Assembly (NCBI GenBank): GCA_000252525.1
Contig: JH611156.1
Coordinates: 578,109 to 642,108, forward strand
Reading direction: 5' to 3'
Length of the DNA stretch: 64,000 nucleotides
Source of the DNA: SAR86 cluster bacterium SAR86A
GTDB taxonomy: Bacteria; Pseudomonadota; Gammaproteobacteria; Magnimaribacterales; D2472
In this document: positions 11,669 to 22,561 of the stretch, piece after piece
Position numbering within the stretch: the stretch's first letter is position 1
Layout of the letters: each line of letters opens with the position of its first letter
Made by a program: the position numbers and the translations under genes
Notes under the pieces: generated by a model
Told to the model about the DNA's origin: nothing
Database searches by the model: none
What the model saw: only the letters and a program-made list of their open reading frames with translations

Positions 11669-11746
11669 TGGGGCGAGCGATGGGGTTCGAACCCACGGCC
11701 TCCGGAGCCACAATCCAGCGCTCTAACCAACTGAGCTACGCCCGCC
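11669..11746 (-). tRNA. tRNA-His (anticodon GUG) with encoded G-1 and CCA
   Basis: Hand-folded cloverleaf: acceptor GCGGGCG/CGCTCGC, anticodon loop TTGTGGC, T-arm GTGGG-TTCGAAC-CCCAT, extra 5' G opposite discriminator C. Confidence 0.9.
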
Positions 11747-11830
11747 ACAAGACTGGCTATTATAGTTTAAATATAATTATTATCTATTTTTTTCTCAGTG
11801 ATATATGATTACAACTGAATTTTAAGAACA

Positions 11831-13231
11831 ATGAATAATTTCTTATCAGATACAACTAAGTACGTTAACAAAGCACTTAAATATTCTGATATGTCAGCAG
11901 GTCTTGCAAATAAAATAATAACTTGTAACTCAACTTACACAGTAAGGTTTGGCGTCAGACTTCGTGGACAAATTTATACCTTTGAGGGATGGAGGTCTGT
12001 GCATTCAGAGCATATGGAGCCTACCAAAGGTGGTATTAGGTTTGACCTTGCTACAAACGCAGATGAAGTTGAAGCTCTAGCAGCTTTGATGTCATATAAG
12101 TGTGCAATCATAAATGTTCCATATGGTGGATCAAAAGGAGCTCTTAAAATAAATCCAAATTCATGGGATGAGAAAGAGCTTGAGAAAATTACACGAAGAT
12201 TTGCACAAGAGCTTATAAAAAGAGATTTAATAAGTCCGTCTATGAATGTACCTGCTCCAGATATTGGAACCTCATCAAGGGAAATGGCATGGATTGCAGA
12301 CGAATATAGAAAAATTCATCCATCAGATATTAATGGATCTGCATGTGTTACTGGTAAACCAACGAGTAAAAATGGTCTTGTTGGGAGAGAGGAAGCTACT
12401 GGAAGAGGCGTACAGTTTATTGTAAGAGAATTTTTTAGAAATCCTGAATTACTAAAAAAAGTTAAGCTTGATGAAGATTTATCAACAAAGTCATTCATTC
12501 TTCAAGGTTTTGGAAATGTTGGTTATCATTTATCAAAATTTTTAACAGAAGATGATGGTTTAAATCTAATTGGAATTGCTGAATACAATGGCGGTATATT
12601 TAATGAAAATGGAATAAATGTTGAACACGCAAAAAAATATTTTGATAAACATAATTCTTTTGAAAATTATTCAAAAGCTACCTTTGTAAAAGATTCAACA
12701 TTACTTCTAAAAAGAAGATGTGACATTTTAATTCCTGCAGCAAGGGAAAATGTCATTACAGAAAAAAATGCTTCTGACATTCTTGCAAAACTAATTGTTG
12801 AGGCAGCCAATGGACCAATAAGTTATAAAGGCAACCAAATTTTGAATAAAAAAAAGGTTTTTGTAATACCTGATATTCTCGCAAATGGTGGAGGTGTTGC
12901 CGTGAGTTATTTTGAGTGGGTAAAAAATCTTAGGCATATTAGGTTTGGGAGACTTGAAAAAAGAAGAAATCAAATTCAATTAAACACACTTATTGAAGCT
13001 ATTGAGACAATGACAGGAAAATCTATGCCTGAAAAGTATAAAGAAAAATTTGTTGATGGTATTGAAGAAATAGATTTAATTAGATCAGGTCTTGATGACA
13101 TGATGATCGACGGTTTTCAAAACGTGAAAGAAGAATTTTTAAAAAATGAAAAAATACCAGATTTTAGGACTGCAGCATATAAAACTGCAATTGAAAAAAT
13201 TGCGCTATCTTATGAATTTATCGGTTTGTAA
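11831..13231 (+). CDS. Glu/Leu/Phe/Val dehydrogenase family enzyme (probable glutamate dehydrogenase)
   Basis: 466 aa; KGGIRF, PYGGSKG catalytic-Lys region, GFGNVG Rossmann motif. Confidence 0.85.
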   Translation: MNNFLSDTTKYVNKALKYSDMSAGLANKIITCNSTYTVRFGVRLRGQIYTFEGWRSVHSEHMEPTKGGIRFDLATNADEVEALAALMSYKCAIINVPYGGSKGALKINPNSWDEKELEKITRRFAQELIKRDLISPSMNVPAPDIGTSSREMAWIADEYRKIHPSDINGSACVTGKPTSKNGLVGREEATGRGVQFIVREFFRNPELLKKVKLDEDLSTKSFILQGFGNVGYHLSKFLTEDDGLNLIGIAEYNGGIFNENGINVEHAKKYFDKHNSFENYSKATFVKDSTLLLKRRCDILIPAARENVITEKNASDILAKLIVEAANGPISYKGNQILNKKKVFVIPDILANGGGVAVSYFEWVKNLRHIRFGRLEKRRNQIQLNTLIEAIETMTGKSMPEKYKEKFVDGIEEIDLIRSGLDDMMIDGFQNVKEEFLKNEKIPDFRTAAYKTAIEKIALSYEFIGL

Positions 13232-13871
13232 TTGGAAAGTAGGATATTTCTGATTCCTCTTTCCAAACATCATAATTAATCATTACGTCTTTAAGTATCT
13301 TAGAAGCAAGAAAATTATGTAAGTAATTTTTAACTTTTTTTAACCTTTTATGATTATCAAACCAATCAGCGTCAGCAATTCTAAATTGTCTTATAAAAGG
13401 AAGAATTGATATATCTAATTTATTTATTTTTTTTCCAAAGAACCACTCTTCATCAGAAATAATATCTTCGATCTCAAGTAAAATTTTCTCACACTTGTTT
13501 CTATGATGAATTTCATCAACATCTCCATATCTTGAAGCATATTTATATCTATCTAAATGGTATTTGAATTTATCATCAAATCTTTCTATTAATTCATCTG
13601 AAATTTTAATCTGATTTTCTTTTAAATTTCCTTCAAATACATTTTTTTGATTTAGAGCCCAATCGATAACTTCCATGCTTTCTTCTATAGTTCTGTCATT
13701 TAATATGAGCACTGGTACTGTTCCTTTTGGAGATACTTCCAACATATGCTTGGGTTTATTATTTAATCTTACTTCTCTTATTTCACACTTAATATTTGTA
13801 AGCTGTAACGCCATTCTGGCTCTCATTGCATAAGGACATCTTTTAAATGAGTATAAGATTGGATATTTCAT
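13218..13871 (-). CDS. Glutathione S-transferase-like / glutaredoxin-fold protein
   Basis: 217 aa; N-terminal thioredoxin-fold with CPYAMRAR and TVPVL motifs. Its 3' end overlaps the GDH gene by 14 nt (convergent). Confidence 0.65.
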   Translation of the reverse strand: MKYPILYSFKRCPYAMRARMALQLTNIKCEIREVRLNNKPKHMLEVSPKGTVPVLILNDRTIEESMEVIDWALNQKNVFEGNLKENQIKISDELIERFDDKFKYHLDRYKYASRYGDVDEIHHRNKCEKILLEIEDIISDEEWFFGKKINKLDISILPFIRQFRIADADWFDNHKRLKKVKNYLHNFLASKILKDVMINYDVWKEESEISYFPITNR

Positions 13872-13875
13872 TCTA

Positions 13876-14808
13876 TTAATTTAAAACCTCTTCTTTTGGA
13901 CCGATGTGATTTGTATTTCTTTTTTTTGCAAGTTCCACTTGTTTTTGTCTACTTTTGTATCTTTCTTTTTGTTTATCGCTTGTTGTTTTGTAGCATTTTG
14001 GACATGCAACGCCTTTAACATATTGCTTAGATTGTTTTTCAAATCTTGATAAAGGCATTCTGCAACCATGACACATATCATAAGATCCTTCTTTTAAGTT
14101 ATGCTTTAAAGAAACTCTGTCATCAAAGACAAAACATTCTCCATTCCAAAGCGATTTCTCAGCGGGAATGTTCTCAAGATATTTTAATATGCCACCCTTG
14201 AGGTGGTAAACATTTTCGAATCCTCTCATTTTCATTAAAGATGAAGCCTTTTCACATCGAATACCGCCAGTACAGAACATTGCAATTTTTTTATTTTTTC
14301 TTTCTTCATCAGAAAAATTTTGATTTTTTATCCATTCAGGAAAATCACTAAATTTATCTGTCTTGGGATTAATTGCATTTTTGAAAGTTCCTATAGAGCA
14401 TTCATAGTTATTTCTGGTATCAATGACAATTGTATCCTTGTCTTTAATGAGATCGTTCCAATCTTCAGGCATTACATATTCACCAACATCTTCATTAGGA
14501 TTTATTGACTGGTCTCCAATGGTGACTATTTCTTTTTTTAGCTTAACTTTAAGTCGAACAAATGGCTTTTTTTGTGATTGAGAGTATTTTAAATCAAGTT
14601 TCTTAAAGCCTTTGATAGACTCAATAAAGCTTACTGCTGAAGATAAATTCTCTGGATTATTTGAAGAAATAGTACCGTTGATACCCTCATGACTAATAAG
14701 AATGGTTCCATAAATATTTAAATATTTAAGCCTAGACTTTAATCTTTTTTGTAAATCAGTTGGGTTAGCAACATTAACAAATTTATACAGAGCTACAATT
14801 TCATTCAT
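13876..14808 (-). CDS. trhO: Rhodanese-domain tRNA U34 hydroxylase TrhO (YceA/UPF0176)
   Basis: 310 aa; rhodanese active-site loop CTGGIRCEK; C-terminal CHGC...CPKC pairs. Confidence 0.8.
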   Translation of the reverse strand: MNEIVALYKFVNVANPTDLQKRLKSRLKYLNIYGTILISHEGINGTISSNNPENLSSAVSFIESIKGFKKLDLKYSQSQKKPFVRLKVKLKKEIVTIGDQSINPNEDVGEYVMPEDWNDLIKDKDTIVIDTRNNYECSIGTFKNAINPKTDKFSDFPEWIKNQNFSDEERKNKKIAMFCTGGIRCEKASSLMKMRGFENVYHLKGGILKYLENIPAEKSLWNGECFVFDDRVSLKHNLKEGSYDMCHGCRMPLSRFEKQSKQYVKGVACPKCYKTTSDKQKERYKSRQKQVELAKKRNTNHIGPKEEVLN

Positions 14809-16615
14809 TATTAAAAAAGTTCTTTAAATATGCAGAATTAATTCTATTTTCTTCAGCAGCTATCACTTCGAATTGAGAGTTTTTTTTATTTTCTAGCAAA
14901 ATACAATATCCTTTATTTTTATTATTGTTAATAAATTTATTTATGAAAATCTTTTCACATTTATCAAGCCATATAAAATTAACATTTTTATTCAACCTAT
15001 TAACTTTATTGCTGAGGGGATTTGCATAATAAAAATCAAACATTATTTGGTCTACTTCATTAGATGAATTAAGCACTATAAGAGCAGGAAAATTTATATA
15101 CCTGTTTCCAAAAAATATTTTAAGCTGATCAATTGAAATACTAAATCCTTGATCAATCTTTGGGAAAGACCATAGCTCCAAGATTTTTCTTTTATTAGCG
15201 TCTATCACTTCATTAATATTTAAATCTAAAGACAAACTCTCATTAGTAATCAAATTTCTTCCCAGCCCTAAGCCATTAGTGTTTGCACCTAAAAAACTCA
15301 TTACAGTAGGTCCAATATCAAAAGAATTTCCAATATCATTAATTAACTGTGGTTTTGCATCTTTATCGAAAATCATAAAAAGATTTGATCTATTTGCATT
15401 TTTAAGAACTTCTGATGCAGTATTCTTAAGTGCTAGATGATCAGATAATAGAACAAGGGTCGTATTGTTGTAGATTTCAGAATTCAAAAATTTTTCCATG
15501 AACTTTCCAATAAGTTCATCTACACAATGAATAGAATTTAAAATAGAGTTTGTTCCATCACCGTATATCTTATTTTCACAAGATGCTGATATATAACCAT
15601 TTGGATGATGAGTGTCTAATGTTAATGCAAACAAACCAAAATTTTCATTAGCTTTAGATAGGATTTCAATGCGGTCATACACTATATCTAATAGTTCATC
15701 ATCATATACTCCCCATGGAGATCTATAATTTTTATCCTTTATCTTGTTTTGAAGTTCATACCATCCCTCTACAGAATCAAAATTATGAGTTTTGTAAAAA
15801 TTTCCTTTTCCAGCAAAGTCTAAGTCAGAACCTCCTATGTAATGTAATTTATAACTCTCCTCATTCAGTATATCTCCCATGCAATTCGCTAGTGGTAAAA
15901 ATTTATCCATTCCTGACATAGAATTTTCACTTGCTATTGGCGTTAAAAGCGGAACACCGCATTGAGTAGCTGCCATGCCTGCAATTGTCCAATTAGTTGC
16001 TCTTGGTGAATCAATATTTGTAAAACTTATAGATTGTTTTTCCAATGTTTTTAGATTCGGTAAAAGATTTGGGAAAAGGTCCTCGTTGAGATATGTTCTT
16101 TCTATTTGTTCTAAATAAATAAATACTATATTTTTTCTAGTATCACTAAAAATAATATCTTGTTCATAAAAAGAATTTTTATCTACTTGATAATTATTTG
16201 ATCTGTCAGATAAAAGCTCATAGATATCTTTATAAAATGGATTAAAAATAATAGATAAAACAAGAATTGTTAAAGAAAGAGTTCTATTTGTTATTAGTTT
16301 GCTTTTTTGATCAGTCAGATTTCTTAAAAATATTCTTGAGGAACTAAAAGCAATTAAGTTAAAAAATATAAATATTATAGAAGGAATAATGTATTCATTA
16401 ACTCCAAATCCATTGATTCCGAATTTAACATGGAAAATTATTGCATCATTAATGCCATCTCCTGATAAAAAATTGAATAAAACATAAACGGTTAACAAAA
16501 AATAATTAAGATAAAAAGTAATTAATATTACATACTTTTTGAGCTTGCTATCAGATTGTAAAATTCCTTTTAAAAGAAAAAAGCTGACCAAAATTAGTAG
16601 TAAAGATAAGTACAT
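14801..16615 (-). CDS. Membrane-anchored sulfatase-like hydrolase/transferase (LTA-synthase / MdoB-OpgB family)
   Basis: 604 aa; about 5 N-terminal TM helices followed by an alkaline-phosphatase-superfamily domain (TNWTIAGMAATQCG, LLSDHL). Confidence 0.65.
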   Translation of the reverse strand: MYLSLLLILVSFFLLKGILQSDSKLKKYVILITFYLNYFLLTVYVLFNFLSGDGINDAIIFHVKFGINGFGVNEYIIPSIIFIFFNLIAFSSSRIFLRNLTDQKSKLITNRTLSLTILVLSIIFNPFYKDIYELLSDRSNNYQVDKNSFYEQDIIFSDTRKNIVFIYLEQIERTYLNEDLFPNLLPNLKTLEKQSISFTNIDSPRATNWTIAGMAATQCGVPLLTPIASENSMSGMDKFLPLANCMGDILNEESYKLHYIGGSDLDFAGKGNFYKTHNFDSVEGWYELQNKIKDKNYRSPWGVYDDELLDIVYDRIEILSKANENFGLFALTLDTHHPNGYISASCENKIYGDGTNSILNSIHCVDELIGKFMEKFLNSEIYNNTTLVLLSDHLALKNTASEVLKNANRSNLFMIFDKDAKPQLINDIGNSFDIGPTVMSFLGANTNGLGLGRNLITNESLSLDLNINEVIDANKRKILELWSFPKIDQGFSISIDQLKIFFGNRYINFPALIVLNSSNEVDQIMFDFYYANPLSNKVNRLNKNVNFIWLDKCEKIFINKFINNNKNKGYCILLENKKNSQFEVIAAEENRINSAYLKNFFNNE

Positions 16616-16635
16616 ATTTGGATTATATAAAAAAA

Positions 16636-16712
<77 letters not shown>

Positions 16713-16713
16713 A

Positions 16714-16790
16714 TGGTCGGGGTAGTAAGATTCGAACTTACGACCACTCGCTCCCAAAGCGAGTGCGCTACCAGACTGCGCTATACCCCG
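16714..16790 (-). tRNA. tRNA-Pro (anticodon UGG)
   Basis: 77 nt cloverleaf: acceptor CGGGGTA/TACCCCG, anticodon loop TTTGGGA, encoded CCA. Confidence 0.9.
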
Positions 16791-16869
16791 AGGAAGCAAA
16801 TATTAAAGTTAATATAAAAAATAAGCAATCTTCGTGGGCATAAATATTGTTTAGTGAGATAATATTAGC

Positions 16870-17709
16870 ATGTCAGCGATTATTCTAGATGGAAAAGTTT
16901 TAGCTAAAATTAGTGAAGATTCTATTAAAGAAAGAGTTTCAAAGCTCTCTGAAAAAGGCATAAAGCCAACTCTAGCAACTATCCTTGTGGGAAACGATCC
17001 AGCCTCTGAAACCTACGTAAAAATGAAAAGAAATACTTGCTCCAAGGTTGGAATGGAGTCTATTGCCATTGAATTATCAGAAAATACAACGACAGATGAA
17101 TTATTAGACAAGATAAAATTACTTAATAATGACAAAAATGTCCATGGTATTCTTTTGCAGCACCCAGTTCCATCTCAAATTGATGAGAGAAAATGCTTTG
17201 ATGCAATACATATCGATAAAGATGTTGATGGTGTTACATGTCTAGGCTTCGGAAATATGTCTATGGGAATTGATGCATATGGTTCATGTACACCCGCTGG
17301 TATTATTAGATTAATAGAACATTATGAACTTGAAGTTGAAGGCCTGAATGCTGTTGTTATTGGTCGAAGTCCAATCCTAGGAAAGCCTATGGCAATGATG
17401 TTGTTAAATTTAAATGCCACTGTAACTATATGTCATTCCAGAACAAAAAATATTGAAAAAATCATTAGTGAAGCTGATTTGATTGTCGGCGCTGTTGGAA
17501 TACCAAAATTTATAAAAACTGAATGGATCAAAAAGGGTTCAATAGTTATAGACGCAGGATATCATCCAGAAAAATGCGGCGATATTGATTTAGATGGAAT
17601 AGAGGATATTGCTAAAGCTTATACACCAGTGCCAGGTGGAGTCGGACCAATGACGATAAACACGTTAATCTTACATACTTTGATTTCAGCAGAAAAAGCT
17701 TTTAATTAA
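16870..17709 (+). CDS. folD: Bifunctional methylenetetrahydrofolate dehydrogenase/cyclohydrolase FolD
   Basis: 279 aa; [13 protein letters not shown] and [10 protein letters not shown] motifs. Confidence 0.95.
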   Translation: MSAIILDGKVLAKISEDSIKERVSKLSEKGIKPTLATILVGNDPASETYVKMKRNTCSKVGMESIAIELSENTTTDELLDKIKLLNNDKNVHGILLQHPVPSQIDERKCFDAIHIDKDVDGVTCLGFGNMSMGIDAYGSCTPAGIIRLIEHYELEVEGLNAVVIGRSPILGKPMAMMLLNLNATVTICHSRTKNIEKIISEADLIVGAVGIPKFIKTEWIKKGSIVIDAGYHPEKCGDIDLDGIEDIAKAYTPVPGGVGPMTINTLILHTLISAEKAFN

Positions 17710-18056
17710 GATTTGTCTTGATCTTCGTTTTCCGTTGTACTTTCTACAACCTCTTCAGACTCAGCTTCAATAATAGAATTTTCTTCAGAAGTATCATTTT
17801 TAAAAGGAAATGGTTTTTCTTCTGTCTGAAACAATAAAAACTTTAGTGAATCATTAAAAAACTCAAGAACATGAGAATTAATACTTGATATTGATGTATT
17901 TACTTTTGAAGTGAATAGAACAAATAAAAATTGAATAAATGCTAATCCAATTGAGATTGTTAGCGCAAAGTTAATAATAAAAGCATACAAAACCATAAAT
18001 ATGAATCTTATCCATTTGCTGGTTTTTAAAATTTCTTCCTTATCGATTGTGTTCAT
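17706..18056 (-). CDS. Small membrane protein, DUF4389-like, with acidic C-terminal tail
   Basis: 116 aa; two TM helices and a TEEKPFPF motif typical of DUF4389 as I recall it. Confidence 0.45.
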   Translation of the reverse strand: MNTIDKEEILKTSKWIRFIFMVLYAFIINFALTISIGLAFIQFLFVLFTSKVNTSISSINSHVLEFFNDSLKFLLFQTEEKPFPFKNDTSEENSIIEAESEEVVESTTENEDQDKS

Positions 18057-18064
18057 TTTGATAC

Positions 18065-19075
18065 CTAATGTGTAAATTCTACATCAACTTCATGAGGATT
18101 TTTAATTAAATCTTCAATTAGTGAACTTGGAGATGATTTTTCATTGATAATCTTATAAAGAGATTCTACCAAAGGCATATTCAGACCTAACTTATCAGAT
18201 TCACTTTTAATAACTTCAAGCGTTCTTATCCCTTCTGCAACCTGACCTACTTTTAATTTTGAATCAGATAAATTTAAACCACTGCCTAAATAGTAACCAA
18301 GTTGATAATTTCTGGATAACTTTGAAGTACATGTTGCTACTAAATCACCCATTCCTGATAATCCAAGGAAAGTAATTGGATCGGCTCCTTTAGCAACAGC
18401 GAATCTGCTCATTTCCGCCATACTTCTTGTTAATATGAGACCGATTGCATTTTCACCAACTTTCATTGATTCTGCCATGCCACAAACTATTGCATATATA
18501 TTTTTTAATGCTCCTGCCAATTCAACTCCCTCCATATCTTGACTAGAATAAATTTTAAAAGTGTCGGATGACAAAATTGACTTTACAGATAATATTAGCT
18601 CTTTACTATGACTAGCAATAACAGTTCCAGCGACTTTGCTTTCAGCAATTTCCTTTGCTAAATTTGGACCACTTAGTACTCCAATGTCATTAGAAATCTG
18701 GCTTGAGATTACATCTGATAACAAACGAAAAGGTTTTGAAAGGATTCCTTTTGTACATGAAATTACATAAGCATTTTTATCGATCAAAGGTACTATTCGC
18801 TTAGTTATATTTTCAAAAATAGAACTTGGTGTTGCAATCAATACAACCGAAGCATCTTTGATAACTTTTTTTAGATCATCAGATGCTTCAATTTTATCTG
18901 AGAGTTTTAATTCTGGATGGTAATTAGTATTCGCTCCTTCTGAATTAATTCTTAATGCCTGTTCTGCGTCCCTCACCCATAAAGAAACTTCGTATCCATT
19001 TGATGCAGCTAAATTTGCTAGAACCGTGCCAAAGCTTCCTCCTCCAAGGACAACAACTTTATTATTTTCTTTCAT
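18065..19075 (-). CDS. gpsA: NAD(P)H-dependent glycerol-3-phosphate dehydrogenase
   Basis: 336 aa; VVVLGGGSFGT dinucleotide fold and a GpsA-like C-terminal domain. Confidence 0.92.
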   Translation of the reverse strand: MKENNKVVVLGGGSFGTVLANLAASNGYEVSLWVRDAEQALRINSEGANTNYHPELKLSDKIEASDDLKKVIKDASVVLIATPSSIFENITKRIVPLIDKNAYVISCTKGILSKPFRLLSDVISSQISNDIGVLSGPNLAKEIAESKVAGTVIASHSKELILSVKSILSSDTFKIYSSQDMEGVELAGALKNIYAIVCGMAESMKVGENAIGLILTRSMAEMSRFAVAKGADPITFLGLSGMGDLVATCTSKLSRNYQLGYYLGSGLNLSDSKLKVGQVAEGIRTLEVIKSESDKLGLNMPLVESLYKIINEKSSPSSLIEDLIKNPHEVDVEFTH

Positions 19076-19078
19076 TTG

Positions 19079-20905
19079 CTAAGACAGATATTTATCTAAT
19101 TGACGAAGGTATTTTGCTGGATCTTTTGGCGATCCACCTTCAGCTATTAGGGCATAATCATACAAAAAATCAACAAAAGAATTAAATTGCTTCCCTTTTA
19201 GATCTTTTAATTTCTTAAGTAATTTATGATTTTTATTAACTTCAAAAATTGGTTTAGTTGTACCAAAGCTTTGTCCGGATGCTTCTAAAATTTTTCTTAA
19301 CTGAGCTCCAGGTTCAGACTGAGGAAGAATCAAACAAGTTGCAGAATCTATCAATCTATCACTGATAACTACATCAGAGACACGATCATTTAAATGTTTC
19401 TTTATTTTTTTTGTAAGTTCACTATCTTTTTCGTTTAATTTATTATCATCATCATTTTTAGAAACACTTTCTTTTGAGACATTAACCAATTGTTTGCCTT
19501 TATATTCAAATATGCTTGTCATCAACCATTCATCTATTCGGTCAGTAAGGAGCAGCACTTCAATATTTTTTGATTTTAATTTCTCTATGTGAGGTGAATT
19601 CGTTGCGGCCTCAAAAGTATCAGCTACACAAAAATATATTTTGTCATCAGATTCATTCATATTTTCAACATAAGAATCGAGCGATGTATATTTAGAACTA
19701 TCACTTAAATTTGATGAATTAAAAAGCATTAGGCTTGCGATTAATTCTCTGTTTTCAATATCCTCAGCAGGACCTTCTTTTAAGACAAGTCCAAATTCTT
19801 TCCAAAATTCAAGATATTCTTCATAGGAATCGTCTTTTAATTTTTTCAGAGAGTCCAAAGTTCTTTTGGTAATAGATTTCTTTATAGTATCTACAAGTGG
19901 ATTTGATTGAAGTATTTCTCTTGACACATTTAAAGGTAGATCATTCGTGTCGATAACGCCTCTTAAAAAACGTAAATATAGTGGGAGAAAATTTGAAGCA
20001 TCATCCATAATGAAGACTCTTTGTATATATAGCTTTAGTCCTCTTGGAGACTCTCTATTCCAGAGATCAAATGGTGGTTTTGATGGAATATAAACTAGGT
20101 TTGTATATTCGTTTTTGCCCTCTACTTTATTATGAATCCATAAAAGTGGATCATCTTGATCAAAACTAATAAATTTATAGAATTCTTTATACTCTTCATC
20201 TTTTATAGATCTTTTTGATTTTAACCAAAGAGCCTCTGCCTCATTAACTCGTTCATTCGTCTCTTTACCATCAGAAATATAAAGTGGAAAATTTATATAT
20301 TGTGAATACTTTTCCAATAAAAATCTAACTCTACCAATGTCAGCAAATTCAGTATTATCATCATTTAAAAAAATGTGTATCTCTGTGCCATTATTGATTT
20401 TCTCTACTGATTTAATCTTATATTTATCTTCACCAGTGCTTTCCCAAAAAGTTCCCTCATCTTTATCATTTAATGCAGATTTAGAGATAACTTGAACTTT
20501 ATCAGCAACCATGAAAACAGAATAAAAACCCACTCCAAACTGTCCGATTAGATTTGAATCTTTTTTCTCATCACCTGTAATATTTTCTAGAAATGAAGCA
20601 GTTCCAGATCTAGCAATTGTTCCAATATTTTCAATGACCTCATCCTCACTCATACCAATACCATTATCAGAAATAATTATTTTATTTTCGTCACTTAAAA
20701 CCTGAACTTTGATAGAGGGATCTTTTGCAAATTTTGACAATTTTTTATTTTGAACTGAATTAAATCTGAGCTTATCAAGTGCGTCAGATGCATTGGATAC
20801 AAGCTCTCTTATAAATATCTCTTTATTTGAATATAGAGAATGGATCATCAGCTTTAACAGCTGCTTTGTCTCAGTTTGAAAAGATCTTGTTCTGGATTTA
20901 CTCAT
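19079..20905 (-). CDS. htpG: Molecular chaperone HtpG (Hsp90)
   Basis: 608 aa; [12 protein letters not shown] and GQFGVGFYS motifs. Confidence 0.97.
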
Positions 20906-20927
20906 ATTTTTATTTTATTTATAAGAC

Positions 20928-20956
20928 ATATTGGTGATTAAATTTTCTAATTCAAG
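20928..20956 (-). promoter_or_regulatory. Sigma-32-like heat-shock promoter upstream of htpG
   Basis: Minus strand CTTGAAT-N14-ACCAATAT, compared with consensus CTTGAA-N13-15-CCCCATNT. Ends 22 nt before the htpG ATG. Confidence 0.4.
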
Positions 20957-20964
20957 TAATTATA

Positions 20965-21372
20965 TTAAAGAGTAGTTACTCTAAAAATTTGTATAATTGC
21001 AATAATCATAATCACCAGAGTATTAAAAACACTAAAATTATGAAGCCATTTAAATAATTTGTCCCAGCCTCTATCCCTTGCACTGTTTGTAATAGGAATA
21101 ATTAAATAACCTAATATTGCAAAAACAGCTGCTACAGATGCCATATATACATCAAGTTTTTTAAAAAATAAGAATGATATTAACAAAGCAACAAGTGTTA
21201 TTAAAAATAATAATAAATAATATCTAGGAAAGACTTTTCTGAGAAATTTAGAAGCATTTTGACTATCTAAAACTTTAAATACTACTGGTGCCGTTAATAA
21301 TACTTGGGCAAAAATAATTCCCAATACTAATGAATAGCATAATATTAAAAGTGTCAGAATCATTGTATTCAT
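20965..21372 (-). CDS. Small 4-TM membrane protein of unknown function
   Basis: 135 aa with four hydrophobic helices and no recognisable catalytic motif. Confidence 0.5.
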   Translation of the reverse strand: MNTMILTLLILCYSLVLGIIFAQVLLTAPVVFKVLDSQNASKFLRKVFPRYYLLLFLITLVALLISFLFFKKLDVYMASVAAVFAILGYLIIPITNSARDRGWDKLFKWLHNFSVFNTLVIMIIAIIQIFRVTTL

Positions 21373-21380
21373 AACATAAG

Positions 21381-21455
21381 TGGCGGTCCGACGGGGAATC
21401 GAACCCCGAACGCCGCCGTGACAGGGCGGAATTATAACCGTTTAACTACCGGACC
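21381..21455 (-). tRNA. tRNA-Asp (anticodon GUC)
   Basis: 75 nt; acceptor GGTCCGG/TCGGACC, anticodon stem CCGCC/GGCGG with loop CTGTCAC, encoded CCA. Confidence 0.88.
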
Positions 21456-21504
21456 ACATTTTAGATTGCTTAATATATATATTATAAAAAAAACTGCAAC
21501 CTAA

Positions 21505-21581
21505 TGGTGGGTGATGACAGGTTCGAACTGCCGACCCTCTCGGTGTAAACGAGATGCTCTACCAAACTGAGCTAATCACCC
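21505..21581 (-). tRNA. tRNA-Val (anticodon UAC)
   Basis: 77 nt; acceptor GGGTGAT/ATCACCC, anticodon loop TTTACAC, encoded CCA. Confidence 0.9.
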
Positions 21582-21647
21582 TTTTATCTTAATAATTAAT
21601 TAAGGTTGCTAATAATACTATCATTAGAAAAAAAATAATATGCTTTA

Positions 21648-22544
21648 TTAGTTCTGTTTAATCTCTGATTTAGAAATATTTAGTCTAGCCAGATATATAC
21701 CAAACATACTTAGAACAGCAAAAGTAATTTGCATTACATTTAAAATCTCATTGAACAAGAAAATAGCCAGAATTGATGCAGTAAGTGGCTGCATCAATAA
21801 TCCAATTGAACCAACTGATGCCGGTATTTTCCCAATTCCATGGGTTATGAAGTATTGTCCTCCAAGCTGACACAATATAGCCAATGAAAAAAGGTTGATC
21901 CACTCTATTGATGAAGAAGGAATAAAATTTCCACCTTGTATTAACATAGGAATTGCAGAAAACAAGCAACAAAACAACGTAGTGTAAAAAATTATGTTTA
22001 GAGAGTCCTCACTACCTAATCTAGATATTACTAACAGATATATGCCATAAAACAGAGCTGCTACTAAACATAAAATATCTCCCAAAATTTTTCCGTTAAT
22101 GTAATTATTTGAAAAATAAACTAATCCAATTATTCCAATATATGTAATCAAAAATGAGCTGGCAAAGCCCTTAGATGGTTTTTCACTAAATACAATATAA
22201 GCAATGATTGCAACAAAAATAGGTGCTGAATTTACTATGATGGTTGCATTAGCAACTGAGGTAATATTCATGCTGAAATGCCACAGAGTAAGATCAGTTG
22301 TAAAAGCAAGTGAAGCAAGAGCTGAATAAAAAATAGTTTTTTTATTATTTACTGAAAATTTAAGAGTTTTATTTAAACTAAAATTCAAAATGAATAAAAA
22401 TGGAATTGCCAGAAACATCCTATAAAAAGATATCGCTGTTGGTGTCAAAGAACTCCATTTTACAAATATTGGAGCAAACCCAATTAAAGTTGCTCCTAAA
22501 GCAAGTATAAGAAAATAATTACTTCGCTGAAAATTAGTTTTCAT
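21648..22544 (-). CDS. DMT-superfamily (EamA) transporter
   Basis: 298 aa; about 10 TM helices in two EamA-like halves. Confidence 0.75.
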   Translation of the reverse strand: MKTNFQRSNYFLILALGATLIGFAPIFVKWSSLTPTAISFYRMFLAIPFLFILNFSLNKTLKFSVNNKKTIFYSALASLAFTTDLTLWHFSMNITSVANATIIVNSAPIFVAIIAYIVFSEKPSKGFASSFLITYIGIIGLVYFSNNYINGKILGDILCLVAALFYGIYLLVISRLGSEDSLNIIFYTTLFCCLFSAIPMLIQGGNFIPSSSIEWINLFSLAILCQLGGQYFITHGIGKIPASVGSIGLLMQPLTASILAIFLFNEILNVMQITFAVLSMFGIYLARLNISKSEIKQN

Positions 22545-22561
22545 AAAGTTATACTTTAAAA

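Noticed and set aside
11655-11711. N-terminal extension of the trigger-factor ORF (MAPEAVGSNPIARPNLGNK).
   Set aside because: It starts at a GTG inside tRNA-His and translates the tRNA sequence. The ATG at 11654 has a proper SD and gives the canonical Tig N-terminus.
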